From Piromyces finnis finn (lineage: Eukaryota > Fungi > Neocallimastigomycota), in assembly GCA_002104945.1 (NCBI GenBank), contig MCFH01000024.1:372001-436000 (forward strand): a DNA stretch of 64,000 nucleotides, in the 5' to 3' direction. The translations under genes and the position numbers were made by a program. Positions 42,919 through 64,000 of the stretch are shown here, piece by piece. How positions within the stretch are numbered: position 1 is the stretch's first letter; each line of letters begins with the position of its first letter. The notes under the pieces were generated by a model. The model made no database searches. It worked only from the letters and a program-made list of their open reading frames with translations, and had not been told where the DNA came from.

Positions 42919-45182
42919 TTTTTGTTATTATTATTACTATTATTATAAATATTGAGGTATGTTGGTATATTTTGATATTATATATATATATATATTTTTT
43001 TTTTTTTCTTTTAATTTTTTTTACAATTTTTTCTATTTTTTATTTGAAATTAATACAATTAATTTCAATAAATTGAATTTCTTTTTAAATATATAAAAAA
43101 CTATTCAATTTATTTTTATTAATCTTACTACTAAATTTATGATAAAATATGAATTAATATATTTAAAAATAAAAAAAAAAAAGATATTAATTATTTGAAT
43201 TTATTGAATATTAATATTATTCAAAGTATTAAAAATACTTGAATATTAACTAATAATTGGTTTTTTTTTTTAATTTAAACTCAATTTAAATGTAAAATAA
43301 TTTATTATAAATTCTTTATTTCCTTATTTAAAGTAATCATTATTAGGATATTTATATTTATTACCTTTTTTTTCTTTTTATAATAATTTATGAAATATAT
43401 TACAATTAATAAATCATTGTTTTATATTTTTAATTTGAATTTATTTTTTTTTTATAAATTTATTTTTTATATTAATTTATTTTCTTTGTTTTTATTTTTT
43501 ATTCAATTCTTTTTCTATTTAACACTTTTTTTTTTTTTTTTTTCTTTCGATTCTTACTGTTTCTTTACTTTTTCTTTTATTAATTCATGAATAAAAAATA
43601 AATACAAATAATAAAAGGGAAAAAAAAAAAAAAAAAAAAAAAAATTCATTTCATATAATTTAATATAATTTTAAAAAATAAAATTTTTTATTTTAATATA
43701 AAACATAATTATTATAAAAAAAAAAAAAGAATATAATAATTAAAAACTATAGAAACAAATAATTATTTGAAAAAAAGAACAAGAAAAAAGAAACAAATAT
43801 TCATTCAAAAGAAAAGAAAATGGCAGGGCATCTTTATCTTTATTGTGTGTGTGTGTTTTTATTTCTTGTAAATAATCAATTTAAAGTATTTTTTGTGGCT
43901 TTAATTTCTGGTTTTAATCAAAGTATATTTAAAGTTGACATGTTCCACTTTTAAAGTTTATATTCTATATTCAAAATTCATTTTATTATTTTATTATATT
44001 TTATTAGTAATTACAATTTAATGATTCTATTTTAAATAATATATATATAATATTTAACTTGTTGGTTACTTTTACATTATTTCTTTTATAAGATAAAAAA
44101 GAAGAAGTTATTTTTAATCCAATATAATTATAAAAAATAGATTAATTCTTACTCTATAGTATTTGATTTATAAAACATAGGCATTATTTAAATATTTTAA
44201 AAAAGACTTTTTGTATATATATATATTTCTTTTTTTTATACTAGTCAAATGAAAATGTTGAGAAACATAGCTTAACAATCCATTTCATTAAAATATTACT
44301 TTTTTTAAATATGATTATTTTATTTGTTTCCAATTTCGATTCCTTTTATTAACTTTAAACTACTCCATATTTAAAAACAACAACAACTGATAAATGCTAA
44401 TGCTATATAGGAAAGGAAAAAAAAAAAAACTTTATATTTGGGATAAAATAAAACTTTTTTTTTTTTATTATAAAGTTTTCAATAAGAAAAAATTTTTTTT
44501 TTTAAATAAATTAATTCTTTTAAATTTTTATTAAATTGATATAAAAAATTAAAGATTTTTTTTTTTCTTTTTTTTATAATTTAAACTTTAGAAAAAAGAG
44601 TCCATCTTGAAGTTCAATAGAATATATTTAAAAAATAACATAAATTTTATTATAATAATCAAAATATAAAAAAAATATAATAAAATTAAATAAATGAAAG
44701 AATACAAATGATATAAAAATTGAAAAAACAGGATATATTCATAATTATTTCTATAGAACTTAATTAACAGCCATATATTTTTTTTTATTTCCAAATTTTC
44801 TTTTAAGTAAGAGTACATAAAGGAAATAGAATCAAAGTTAAAAAATACTATCTTCGATTAATAAATATCAGATTCTTTAAGAAATAAAAAGCATATAATA
44901 AAAAAAAATATATTAATTTCAATAAAGAATTAAAAAAAAAAAAAAAAACTTATTATTGAGAGAAAACCAAACTATCTAAAGGGAATATATTAATTTATAA
45001 TTTTATATCCGGTTTTTTTTTCTTCTTAAAAAAAACTTACACAAAATCAATCAATATATAATAATTTTGGAATCATTATAGGTAAAAAAAAAAAAAAATT
45101 ATTATAATAATTATTATTATAATAATAAAATAATAAAAAATATAATTAATTAAAAGTTAGAAATAATAAGTCAATATTAAAA

Positions 45183-48159
45183 ATGTCAGATAAAGAAATA
45201 AATGAAAATTCTGAATCAAATCAAGTAAAAAATAAGGAATTTAAGATACCAAAAATAGAACTTACCACAACATCATTTGATAATTATACATTAAATAAAG
45301 AGGGAACTATCAAAAAGCAAAGTGATATAACTCAATTAGAAAATTTATTTATAGACCCAAAACTTGAATCTACAAATAAAGAGGATTTTAATCATTTAAG
45401 AACAAAGAGAAACTCAATTCTTCGTATACCTGAAAAGTCAAATAATGTAACAAAAAGTTTAGATTACTTATCAATTAATACTCATACTAACCATTTACAA
45501 AATCATGCCACTTCTCCATTAAAATCATCAAATGATAATCATTTAACTCCATTAAAAAATGGATTTAGTAAAAGTCAACCAAATATGTTAAGAGAAGAAG
45601 AGGAAACTGTAAATCTTCAAAAACATATATCAAAAATGTTCAACCATGCATTTACTGATGCTATATATAGTCCTAGAGATTCTTGGCTTGCATCAGTTTT
45701 TAATATTTATCATGCCATTATTTTATACGTTTCAGTGTTTTTAGAATGTTATTCAACTCAACTTATGGTACAAGAAACAAAATCAGAAAGAACAGCATGG
45801 AGAGTTGTTTCATTAATTTTCACTATTCAGTTATGTATTTATTTCATAGCTGCTGTTATTTTATATCCTATTCGCAAGAGACGTCATTTAGCTATTATCG
45901 AAGCGGCTACCTCCACAAAAAATCAAAATGAAAACGGGGAAACTATTACTTATAAGAACGTTAATGTAACAAAAAATCCAATCGAACTTTACAAAGGTTT
46001 TATTGATTTTCCACATATAATGGAATTCTTAGGATGCCTTCCATTTTTTGTAGAAGAAATATTCCCAAAATGTCGTCTCATTAATGTAAATCATTATGGG
46101 TTAATTTCATTCCTTTTGCTTTGTTGTCGTCTTTACACTAGTTTAAGTATATTCTATTACTTGAGAAATCGCATTTCCAAATTTTTCCATATTATTATAA
46201 GGGCTACTAAGGAATCACTCTATGAAATCATATCTGTTATTGTTATATATTTTATTGTGATGATCTTTTGTTCAAGAATTATTTTTTATGCCGATTTATC
46301 AAAATGTACTCTTGATGAAGCTTCACAAGTTAGTAAAAAATATATATTTTTTTATTTTAAATATAGAATGATTTTTATAAATATTTTGTATTCTAACCTG
46401 TACAATGAATATTTATCTTAAAATAGAACTGGAAACGTCAAAATGAAGATGGCACAGTTAATATGGAGGAATCCTGTGAATTGTAAGGAATTTATTTTAT
46501 AATTATAAATTGATTTTTTTTTATTATAATGTAATTTGATTAAATTTATATATGTTTATTTTTTTTTTAATTTATTTATATATAAGACAATCAAATCTTG
46601 ACGCTTTTTGGTATACATTTATGACAATGACAACATTAGGTTTTGGTGATCAAGTAGTTAATACAGTGAGTATTATTATAATCATCATCATCATTATTAT
46701 CAATTTTATTATCATCATAAACTTTTTATTATTTATTATATATATAAAAAATATTAATGATTCATTTAAATTGTAAATTATAAAATTAATTTATAGTATT
46801 TTGGCAAGATTATGGCAACACTTGCATTTGGGGTAAATATTATTATAGAATTGTTAATATTAATAAAAATTTATCATCAATATTTTATTTTGTTAATACT
46901 AATGGTATATTAAATTTAAATAGGCAACACCAATTTTGTATACTTTACCATCTATTGTAATTACTACAAAAATGATTACATTAATTATACATGATACTAA
47001 AAGTGCTGCCACCAAAGATGTTGCTAAAAAACATAAAAGAAAATTTTTCAATATGACTCAATTTCTTTCAGGTAATAATAATAGAAAAAACAAATTATCT
47101 AAGTTAAAGAAAGGCAAAAATAATAATGATGATGATATGAAAATAGCAAATATTGATAATGAAAATGAATCCAAGTTAAAGAGTAAAAATAAGAAAAAGG
47201 ATAATTATTCGGAAAAAATTCACATCCATAATAAAAATAATGGAAAAGAAAAACAAGGAAGATACATTGTTCCATTGCATGATAAAAGTTCTGGAAATGA
47301 TAGAGAAGATATAAAGAAATCTACTTTAACAGTTCCACACGTTAAAAAAGAGGAAGCCTCGATAGCTTCATCCATAGCACCACTTATAAATGGAAATCCA
47401 ATTACTTCATTTGATACCAAAGATAGTAAAGATTTTAGTTTCTCAAATAGTAATCCTAGTAGTGAAAGTCATCCTAATAGTAATATAGATGAAAATGAAA
47501 CACCAAAAGAGAATATTAAAGAAGATATTGAAGCATCTTTAACAGAAGAATCAGATCAACCAAATATGTGTGAAAGTCCTAAAACTATAGAAGAGGAACC
47601 ATCTCTTGTTCATAAATCCTCAAAGGAATTTGGTCCTTCAGAGCTAAATCAATCAATAATAAATCAAAAAGGTGACTTGTTTTCTTCTGCTAATTTAACA
47701 TCATCCATGACCATTAAAAAATTTTATCAAGATAATCCTTTATCAGTTGGTAAACCATTAGCTTCAATTTTTGAAAACCCGGAATCCGATCGAATTAATA
47801 ATGATGAAGACAAAGATATCCATCCACCTGTATCTTCATCAGCCACAGCATCAAATTCTAATATTAATAATTCTAATTTAAGTGTTACAAAATCCAAGGG
47901 AAAAGGAATATTTAAATCTCTACCTGCCCTAAATTCAACCGGTAGTGGTAGCAATAGTGAAACCGAAAATGAATCTACCATATTTGATTATAATGCCTAT
48001 AAGAAAAACGCTAATAATAAGAATTATATTGTTGGTATGTTAAAACAACATTATCAAACTTGTCTTGATGAAATTGATTATGTTAGAAAACGTGAAAAAA
48101 CATTAAATTCATTGAAAAGTGGGTTTGAAAAAGGTATTATGGCACTTCAAACCATGTAA
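45183..48159 (+). CDS. 6TM K+-channel-like subunit 5 (filter TMTTLGFGD), 5 exons (45183-46328, 46427-46482, 46587-46665, 46797-46832, 46924-48159)
   Basis: The pore exon reads 'QSNLDAFWYTFMTMTTLGFGDQVVNT' and S6 reads 'YFGKIMATLAFG|ATPILYTLPSIVI'. S4 is nearly uncharged ('LLCCRLYTSL'). Both cytoplasmic tails are long and low-complexity. Confidence 0.88.
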
Positions 48160-48200
48160 ATTATTTTATAACAATAAGCATAATAATTGTTATAATTTAC

Positions 48201-48237
<37 letters not shown>

Positions 48238-49587
48238 AATAGATAAATGTATTAAATATAATTATTTTTTCAAGACAAAATAAAAATAAATAAAAAAAAG
48301 AAATGTTTTTTTTTTTTTTATTTTTATACCAATTCAATAAATGAATTACTTTTGTAATAGATATAAAATGTAAAATATAAAAAGCAATTAAAAAAAAAAA
48401 AAAAAGAATTAAAATAATATAAATTATTAAAATAATACTAATAAAAAAAAAACAAAATAGAATGTTATTAAATAAACTAGGTTTAATTGTAAAAATGCAT
48501 ATTTCCTTTATTTCTTTATAAATCATGGCATTTTTTATGAGGTGTAAGAGCCTTATTATTATTTTAATTATTTTACATTACCAATTATTACCAATTAGTA
48601 CATATTACATTTATTATACATTATGAAAAAAAACATTTTTTATATTCATATTGTATTTATTCCTAATTTTTAATCATTAATTTTTAGTGGTTAAGAAAGT
48701 CATCTCAATATAAAAAATTTAAATAGATTTAATTAAATAAATATATTGATAATATAATCAGATATATATTATTCATATAATAATCAAATGTTGTATTAAG
48801 AAAATAAAATTTTTAATTTTTTTTTTTTTATTTTTATTCCATTGCCGTGTTTTAATTTTTTTTTCTTTACGCTTTATCATTTAAAATATTAATTATAGAA
48901 ACATAGTTGTATTATTAATCAATAAATATATAATTAATAATACGGAAAAAGAAATTAAATAATTAAAGGGAAAGACATAAAAGATTTATATATATATATT
49001 AAAGGTAAATATTGATTTTCAAAAAAAAAATATATAAAATAGATATGGATAATATTTTATATGGAATTAATTTTCGAAACGATAATCGAGTGATTTTGGA
49101 ATATTCAAGATACCTAGTTACAAGTTTAGATAATATAAATGTACCTAAAAAGAAACTCAAAAAATAGTAGAGCCATTGAAAAATTATTAATTTTCGGATA
49201 AACAATATATTAAAAATTTAATAATTTCATAATAATATCATTCAATTAAGGAATACCAAATTTTTTCTAAGTTGTCATTATAAAAAAAAGATTAAATATA
49301 TATTACATGAAATAAATATAAAGTATTTATATTATTTTAATTTCATTGAACATAATGTAACTAATTATTATTGAAGAGAAAAGCTTTTATATAATTTATG
49401 TTGAATTTGGAATTAATAAATTTGTTATAATACATATAAATTATTAATAAATAAATATTTGTATTACTATTATTATATATTGTATTCTTCCCTCCTTTTT
49501 CTTTTCAACAAAGTAGAATTAAATTGTAATTTAATTTTCAGTACATTTATTAAAATTCAAATATATCCTAAATAGTAAAGTTCAATA

Positions 49588-50567
49588 ATGTCACAACAAA
49601 ACGAAAAAACACAAGAATCAAGCTATGTTAAAGAAGTATTAGGTGATTTAAATATTGATGTTGAAACTTTAGAACCAATAGATAAAGAAAAAAGTATTGA
49701 ATATGTCAAGATTGATGAAAATCCATTAGATTTATTAAAAACAAAAGAAGAAAAAGAAAGAGAATTAGAAAGAGAAAAAAGATTAAAAGTAGTTAAAAGT
49801 TGGGCTTATCTTCCAATGAAAACTAATGGTGAAAAATTATTATATGGTTGTGGTGCTGCATATCTTACTGGTAAATAAATTATAAAATATTATAAATGTA
49901 AATGTAATCTAATCAAGTCATACTAAAATACAAGAGACGAAATATTAATTTTAATTTATTATTATTATTTTTTTATTATTACATTAATAGGTATTTGTGG
50001 TGGAGGTATCTATGGATTTTTAAAAGGTTGGACTAAACCTCAACCAGTTCTTAATTACAAGTTAAGATTAAATAGAGCATTAAATTTAAGTACTAAATAT
50101 GGTCCATGGGCTGGAAATTCAATGGGAGCTTTAGGTTTATATATATATAAATTTTCAAATATTTATTTTTTAAGTAATTTTATGTAAAGTAGTAAATTTT
50201 AATGCATATATATATTTTAAATTATGAAAAGGTTTAATGTACACAAGTTTTGATACAATGTTAAATAAAATAAGAAAGGATGAACCAAATGATTATTATA
50301 ATCATGTTGGTGCTGGTTTTATTTCTGGTGCATTGTATAAATCTACAGGTATTTATATTATCATTTGAAAGCAAAATTAAAAAATTAGGAAACTAATAGT
50401 TCCATATTTATATTTTTATATTTTGTTATTTGAATATTTTAGCTGGTTTAAAGGTAGCAACATTATCTGGTGGTATATTTGCTGGTATGGTTGCTTTATG
50501 TGGATTGGGAACAAAAGTTATAAAAGATACCAAAGAAAAGATAAAAGAAAAGAATGAAAAATATTAA
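49588..50567 (+). CDS. TIM23: Tim23 inner-membrane translocase (Tim17/22/23 family), 4 exons (49588-49870, 49991-50134, 50232-50348, 50443-50567)
   Basis: The spliced product reads 'LLYGCGAAYLT|GICGGGIYGFLKG...KLRLNRALNLSTKYGPWAGNSMGAL|GLMY...DYYNHVGAGFISGALYKST|AG'. This matches Tim23 'KLQLNTVLN..TKRGPFLGNNAG' and 'GALFKSS'. Confidence 0.9.
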
Positions 50568-51245
50568 TTTTTTTTATTAAAAAGTAAAATAAAATAAAAT
50601 AAATTCAATTATGAATTATTATTATGATTGAAAAAAAAAATAATGAACAAAAGTAATTTCAATATCAAATTAGATACTCTTTGTAATTTTGAAGAAATCA
50701 CCTTTTTACTATCCTCACTGTTATCCCGAGGAAAAAATAACAAATAAAGAATAATAATAATAATAATAAAAAAAAAAGCAAGAAAGCAAAACAATATTAA
50801 AAAAAAAATAAAAAAGTAATTTTTAAAAAAAAAAAAAAAAACAAAAACAAAAATAAGAATGAGAGAATGTAGTTAAATAATTAATATATATGTATATTTT
50901 ATCTACCAAATCATTTTATAAAAATAATACTTCATAGGATATTCATTCAATTTTATTTTACACAATCAATATTATTTTATTTTATATCTATATATATTCG
51001 TATATATTTTTTTTTTCTTAGAATAAAACATAAAACATAAATTATAACATGAATTAATCGATTTTTTTTTTTTTACCTTATTTTTTATTCTTTTTTTTCT
51101 TTTAACTTTTTTCCTTTTTTTTTTTTTATAATACTATATAAATATAAAAATAATAACAAATCGAAATAAATAAAACATATATTTATTATAATATTTTAAT
51201 TTTAGCATTTATTTAATAATTATTTTATATATTTAAAAGAAAATC

Positions 51246-51282
<37 letters not shown>

Positions 51283-51624
51283 TATTCTTACTATTAAGTA
51301 TTGGTTTAGAAATTAAAAAAAAAAAAAAAGATTAAATATAAAACTAAAGGTATTTTAACAAAATAATGAAGCTTATTTACATTATTATTTATTTATTTAA
51401 AAAGATATTGGAGATATTAAATAACAATAAAAACTGGAATATTATCAATACATTATTATATAATACAATATAATCAATGGCTATTATTACTTTTCTCTCT
51501 TTTTTTTTCTTTTTTCTTTTTTTTTTCCTTTTTTTAATCTTTTACAATAATTGATAGTATTAATGTTAGAAACTGAAAATTTGTATATAATTCACCAACG
51601 ATTAGGCGAACAAAATAGAATCAA

Positions 51625-51668
<44 letters not shown>

Positions 51669-51693
51669 TATATTCATTTATTATAGATTTTAT

Positions 51694-53237
51694 TTATTCT
51701 AAACTAAATCTTTTTTGTTGTGATCTTACAGATTGTCCTGATTGTAAACCTTTATAATAAAATGAAAATTGTTTTAGTAAATTTTAATTTTTTTTTCTAT
51801 AAGAATATAAATAAATTTATCTACTTACTGCTTCTATTTACTGATTTAGGTATTCCAAGTCCAAAATTTTTAAAGTTAATTAATGATACTCCATATGTAA
51901 CTAAACATAATGGAATAGTACATAAAACTAGTATTTTATTTTATAAAAATATATATATATATATTAGTTTATATACGTATTAATGAACAAATGAATTATT
52001 AATATTGCATTTTTATCAATCATACTTGTTACGGTTAAACTAATTTTATATGCCTTATAAGGATTATTATCATCGACTTTACAATAGATATCTGTAAAAA
52101 CGGATGATATAAAACCCATATCAACACATAACATTAAAATGTAAATAGCAAGACTTAATCTATTGACTTTTGCTACTGCTAAAAATCCAAGAATTGTACC
52201 TATAACTGTAATTGCTGCAACTACTAATTTTTCCATTGTAATAAAATCTTTATTTTTATCTTTAATTGCTATTGCGATGGCAAAATATTGTACCATAAAA
52301 AGGATATCGATAAAGAAGAAAGATAGCTTTAATAATGTAACCAAAATGTTAAATAATTTTAAACGGTCTATCAATTGTTTAAATTATAATATTTAAAAAA
52401 TTATTATTAGTTAGTTATTGTTATTTTATTATTAGAGATGTTAATATTTATTTAAAATAAATAAATAAAAAAAAAAAAAAAAAAGAAATCTTACTTTTTA
52501 AATTAATGTCAGCTCCAATTTGTTTAAAAACATTCCAACCAAATACCTTGTATAATCTAAAGGTAATATACCACCACCCTACGATATACATAATCATAAT
52601 TGTAATGACGATATATTCAATATTTTTAATTTTATCCGAAGTTTTCTTATAATCCGAATTTAATTCTTTTATTTTTAGAAATTCATCTAATTGTAAATGT
52701 TGTATATGTTGTGTTAATGAATAAACGAGACACATTGAATTAAAAATTGCTAATGCAATTAAATCAATTGTTGAAAATTTCAATAGCTATTATTAAATAA
52801 ATATATAATATATATATATAATTTAGGAATTATCATTATTATTATTTATAACATAATTAATATATAATTAATTTATATTTATTTAGATTATTACAGTATC
52901 CACCGTTAAATATAGTTGGTAGGCTAATGCAACAATGAAAAGATATTGATATACAATTAAAGCTGAAAGATTTCCTGTTTCATTTTTATCCTTAATTTTT
53001 TCTATTTCATCTTTATATTTATGATTTTGAAAAATAATTAAACATTCTATGACTGATATGATAATGAATTGGGAAAATGACCACAATAGAGTAATTCTAG
53101 ACCATTTTCCCTCTGGAATCTAATTATATATATATATATATATTTTAAACAAAAAATTTATTTTGTTAGAAATTAAATTTTTATAAGCTTATTGGAAATA
53201 TCAATAAAGTAATAATTCATACCAAATTTTTTCCCAT
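51694..53237 (-). CDS. UPF0658-like multi-pass (Golgi) membrane protein, ~6 exons; last exon boundaries tentative
   Basis: Start 'MGKNL|IPEGKWSRITLLWSFSQF'. The internal motif 'RLYKVFGWNVFKQIGADINLK ... NILVTLLKLSFFF' matches the remembered UPF0658 signature (FGW.IYK.IGAD...LLKFDFFF). It also has 'NFKNFGLG' and a probable C-terminus 'KRFSLE*'. Confidence 0.7.
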
Positions 53238-53384
53238 TCTTTTTCTTTTATGTATTTGTTTATTTTTTTTATTTTTATATAATTATTAAAATTTTTGGTA
53301 AATCTTTTGATTTTTAATATTATTTAAACATCTATTGTCATAATTATATAAATTGAAGGTTTTAACAATAACAACAAAATATTC

Positions 53385-53437
<53 letters not shown>

Positions 53438-54466
53438 CAAGTGTTTTTATATATTTTCTATTTTTTTTTTCTTTTTGCTTTTTTGGTTTTATTTGAAATA
53501 TACTTTTAAATTTTATTTTTATTTTTATTAAGAGATTTCAATATTAAAAGTTCTTATTTAATGAATATTAAAATATATTTTGAAATATTTTATTGAATGA
53601 AAATGTGAAACGATTTGAATAAATATTTACAATAATGTTTAACTTTTATTTACTTGTTATGAATAACCGAGATTATTTTTTCGAGAAAAGTTGAATAAAT
53701 TATAATTTTGAATAAATATAAATAAATAAATAAATAAATTCTTTTTTTTTTTTTCTTTGCTTTTCCTCTTTTCCTCTTTTCCTTTATTTACTTGAAGTAA
53801 TCTAAAAAAAAGAATTTCAATTCTAATTATAATTTGAAATTTATTATTATACAATTTATAAAGATAAAAATAAAGGTATGAGACTTTTTATTTTTTTTTT
53901 ATTAAATAAAATTTTAGAGAAATTTATTTATTTATTTATTTAATAATATTTTTTGATGGTAATTTTTTATAATTATTTGAAATCATTTTTTTAATTTTAT
54001 GACTTAAAAGAAAGGGGTTCCATTGAAATAAAAACTTTATTTATTATCATTTTATATTTTATTATATTATAAACTTTTTTAAATAATTAATCAAATAAAT
54101 AAATAAATAAATAATAAAATAATATAATTTTGTATTTTTGTATTTATTCAAGGATTTATTGAAATGTACTTAAAAACAAAGCATTATATACATATTTATT
54201 CATTTATATCCTTACATCAACATTATAAATAAGACTAATTCTTGTATGCATATTTAAAAAGTAATAAATTATTATTAGATTTTATTTTAAAAATTTCAAT
54301 AAAATCTTTATTAATTCTTCATTAGGGTATACTAAATTTTAAAAAAGAAAAAGTTTTTTTTATATAATATTTTAAAATATTAAATCTAAATTTGAATTTT
54401 ATATTATTCTTTTGGTATTTCATTATTTTATATTCCTGATAGTTGATAAAAATAAAGAACTATTTA

Positions 54467-55676
54467 TTAATTATTTGAATAATTAATAAAGGCAATCCTC
54501 ATTAGTTTAATAAAATCATACAAATTTCGAGTATCATTAAGATTATCTAGTAGATTGTTTATTTCAGGTATTTTTGGTTGACATTCTAAAACTAGATTAT
54601 TATTAAATAAATAAAATTATTAATATAATTTCAATAATTATAATAAATTTTGTAAATCTAAATTTTTTCTTACTTTTATAGTTTTTATTTGATACATCAA
54701 TGACAAAGTAATACTTTTTTGAATTCAACTCTTTATTAATATTTGTAAAAGCAAATTCTATAATACCTTCTATATAATTATAAATATTTATTTTATGTAG
54801 ATAGATTATTAAAATAGTTTGTTGTTATAATAATTTTTATTTTTTTTAAAAGCTACCTTTTATTGGTGTCATTTTTAATGCTAAAGTATTTTCATAAAAA
54901 TTTAATTCTGGTTCATTTTTTATCATTTGTTCTTCTTTTTCCATCTTTCTGTATTCCAATTCTAATTATTTTAAAGCAATATTTTATATGATAAGCTAAA
55001 AAAAATCCAAGATATAAAATTTTTTTTGGATAAAAGAATTATATGTACCTTTTCTTTTTTCTTTTAATCTAATTTCTAGTTCCTTTTTCATATTAATTAA
55101 TTCATCACGTCTTGATAATAACTGGAATTTTAATTTCTTTTTTTCTGATAATTGATTAGTTAAATTTTCTGCTTTTTCCCGTTCTTTTTCAAGTGCTATA
55201 AGTGAAAATATTATATAATAATGAATTATTTATATATTTAATATATTATTATTATAGCTCTTTTTCTTTTTTTCTTTTTAATTTTTACTATAACATGAAT
55301 ATGAATATTTAAAAATACCTTTGGAGTATTCTATTCCCTTATTTTCATATATTTTCATTTGATTTAATATTTCGGTTTTTTGTGCTAAGTGTTATAAAAC
55401 ATTATGAATTTAGATATTTCACATTTTAATAAATATTATATATTCATTTCAATATTAATATTAACCTCTATCTTTAAAAGCAGCTTTTAAATGTAATTGT
55501 TTTCCTTCTTCTATTCCAGCTTTTTTTTTCTCAATCCAATTATCAAAATTGTTAAAAAATATTTTTTTTACTTCAGTGTATTCATCATATGGAAATTGTG
55601 GTTTTGGTATATTTAATGCTTCATTGGAAGAATCAATTTCATTACTATTTTCCTCTGAAAATGTATTCAGTGACAT
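54467..55676 (-). CDS. SPC25: Kinetochore Ndc80-complex subunit Spc25, ~6 exons
   Basis: An N-terminal coiled coil is followed by RWD-like exons missed by the ORF track: 'NEPELNFYENTLALKMTPIK|EGIIEFAFTNINKELNSKKYYFVIDVSNKNYK|VLECQPKIPEINNLLDNLNDTRNLYDFIKLMRIAF'. This is the characteristic Spc25 C-terminal pattern. Confidence 0.85.
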
Positions 55677-55806
55677 ATTAGGTTTATTTTATTATAATTA
55701 AGTAAAATTTAATGATAAAATGAAATGATTTAATATAAAAAAAAAATAAAATAAAAAAATATATATATATTTTTTTTTCCACTATATGAAAATGAAAATA
55801 ATTCAT

Positions 55807-55819
55807 GCCCATATTGGGC
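55807..55819. promoter_or_regulatory. GCCCA-TAT-TGGGC inverted element (CArG/Mcm1-like) in the SPC25/STU1 divergent promoter
   Basis: GC-rich dyad in an otherwise AT-rich 485-bp intergenic spacer. CCCATATTGG fits the relaxed CC-N6-GG MADS site. Function is inferred. Confidence 0.3.
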
Positions 55820-56161
55820 CATTGTTATGAAATAATTCTTGGAACGAAAAGGACTTAATAAAATTAATTTTTTAATTGAAATAATATATGTACAATATAA
55901 TTGATTATTAATTTCTCAATATATTATAGGATTCAATGATATATATATTTTTTTAATTATTATTTAATATTATCAATAGAGTTAAAGGACTATTTTTTTT
56001 TTTTAAATATTATTTTTTTTATAATAGATTTAATAGTTGTTAATACGAGAATCAAATAAAGAAAATAAATTAGAACTATTAAACTTTTTTTCTTTTTTGT
56101 TTATATTTTTTATATATTTTTTATTTACCATAATATATGTTTTATAAGTAATGTATTTACC

Positions 56162-63351
<7,190 letters not shown>

Positions 63352-64000
63352 AATAGTTAAATCTATAGATCTTCAAAATATTTAATTTGTAAAATATAAA
63401 CTTTAATATATATTTCAAATTTTCATTGTATTTATTATATTCATTATAATTTACAATTATTTTTAAAAATACTATCTATCATTTCAAATATAGTTATTTA
63501 AATCTATTATTAAATTAATTATTTATACCAAAATTAAAAATTATATCAATAAATAAAAGTAAAATATTATTTAGGAAAAATTTTAAAAAATTTTTTGTAT
63601 TCCAATATCTTGATAAACCTTATTAATTATAATATATTCATTTAATTTAATTATTAATTTAATTTATATTAAAAAAAGTTGATTATTTTCCCTTTTTTCC
63701 ATTAAAAAAATTTTTTTTAATTTAAAATAAAATGGATACAAATTATTATTTTGATTTGTTTAATGAAAAAATATTATTACTATAATATATGTATATTACT
63801 AACTCTTAAAAAAAAAAAAAAAAAAAAAGGAAAAAAACATAATGACATATAAATGAGTAAGAAAAAATTAACAATACCATTATTCATAATATAGAAATAT
63901 ATATTATTTATATCTTAATTTCTAATTAAATCAATATATATATTTTAATATCAACAACTAAAGTACAACTACTAATATTATTAGATTTTACACAAGGATT

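Overview
Very AT-rich eukaryotic genomic DNA with standard-code genes and short GT-AG introns. The composition, gene content and intron style best fit an anaerobic gut fungus (Neocallimastigomycota); this is an inference. Genes in order: a partial multi-pass membrane (probably 7TM-RGS-like) gene, a Pho85/Pcl-type cyclin, COP9 signalosome subunit 8 with a large acidic insert, a G-protein gamma subunit, two paralogous 63/64-aa micro-ORFs, ZPR1, a 20-kb cluster of five paralogous 6TM K+-channel-like genes (- + + - +), TIM23, a UPF0658-like membrane protein, and a head-to-head SPC25/STU1(CLASP) pair. Non-coding features: a 210-nt retroposed element with poly(A) and a 13-bp TSD, a perfect 76-bp palindrome, a 41-bp minisatellite and several microsatellites. 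Top leads: (1) the channel cluster, where three paralogs carry C-[IL]-GYG filters, one TIGYG and one TLGFG, and S4 charge varies widely; (2) the unrecognised micropeptide pair ending GSIQQLHAIQMI[VI]; (3) the retroposed structured RNA. Exon boundaries were read by eye and family calls come from remembered motifs, not database searches.
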